DNA of 50,454 nucleotides, filler included, from Trypethelium eluteriae (Eukaryota): NCBI GenBank assembly GCA_051942245.1. It is 2 parts of 2 records of this genome, joined end to end, with 100 filler letters (N's around TTAATTAATTAA, not from the genome) between each part and the next. Parts side by side here need not be neighbours in the genome. Positions count along the whole stretch, not along the records: positions 25,295 to 50,454 come from JAVECL010000381.1; 1 more part is not named here. One strand, 5' to 3'. Shown piece by piece: positions 49,973 to 50,454 of this stretch (position 1 is its first letter; each line of letters starts with the position of its first letter). The notes under the pieces were generated by a model. It saw only the letters and a program-made list of their open reading frames with translations, ran no database searches and was not told where the DNA came from. The position numbers and the translations under genes were made by a program.

Positions 49973-50454
49973 ATGGCTGACCGACGTGGCTCGGTCATGT
50001 TCGATCCTGCACGCGATCACTTTGTCCCTACCGACGATACACAAAACGACGACCAAAGTACCCAAGAAGGTTCACAGAACCAGAACTCCGAGGCTTCAGT
50101 TAGCGAGCAGGTGGGTCATATGTCTGAATGCAGTCCGTCCGTTGCAAATATTCTCCTCGAATCCCTCTTGAGACGCTACTATGGAGTGATCCGCGACTCT
50201 TGCTCTTCCGCCTGCTCCTCTCAATATAGGTTTACGAGTTTCTCTAACGGCTCTGTCATTAGGCAAGAATACAACCGAAAGCCATGACGAACGGCAAAAA
50301 ACGCTCTCACTCGCCCGACTCAGAAGTCCTACAGGCATCAAGTCCACAGCTACACAATGGTGCTCCACAAAGCCCAGCATCACAAAACATAACCGAAGAG
50401 CCCAGAAACAAAAAAATGAAGACTGGTGACTCAGATGCCGTCCCCTCCTCATCC
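49973..50454 (+). CDS. 5' part of a gene with low-complexity N-terminus (possibly mRNA cap guanine-N7 methyltransferase), truncated
   Basis: Exon 1 49973-50110 (MADRRGSVMFDPARD..); intron 50111-50262 (GTGGGT..CTAAC..TAG); exon 2 open to the window end. The product guess rests only on a recalled F/YDPARD N-terminal motif; no catalytic domain is in the window. Confidence 0.55.

Overview
Eukaryotic genomic DNA from a filamentous ascomycete (Pezizomycotina-like): short GT-AG introns with CTRAY branch points and about 20 protein-coding genes. No rRNA, tRNA, CRISPR array or intact transposon was recognised. In order: partial SAM methyltransferase, DHA1 MFS transporter, small hypothetical protein, F-box protein, second DHA1 MFS, Zn2Cys6 transcription factor, 4-exon secreted protein with RNase T1/ribotoxin-like motifs, ~3 kb gene-free stretch, second F-box-like protein, GH20 beta-hexosaminidase, BBE-like FAD oxidoreductase, Gly-rich protein cut by an artificial 100-bp assembly linker (44 N + TTAATTAATTAA + 44 N), F-box/RPEL protein, BiP/Kar2, then a co-oriented block of secreted pseudokinase + HET-domain protein + NB-ARC/TPR NLR, catechol O-methyltransferase, GMC oxidoreductase, Rpn7 and the 5' part of a divergent gene. 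The strongest candidates for novelty are the pseudokinase-HET-NLR block and the two secreted pseudoenzyme-like proteins. All calls come from motif recognition and manual splicing; no database searches were run.
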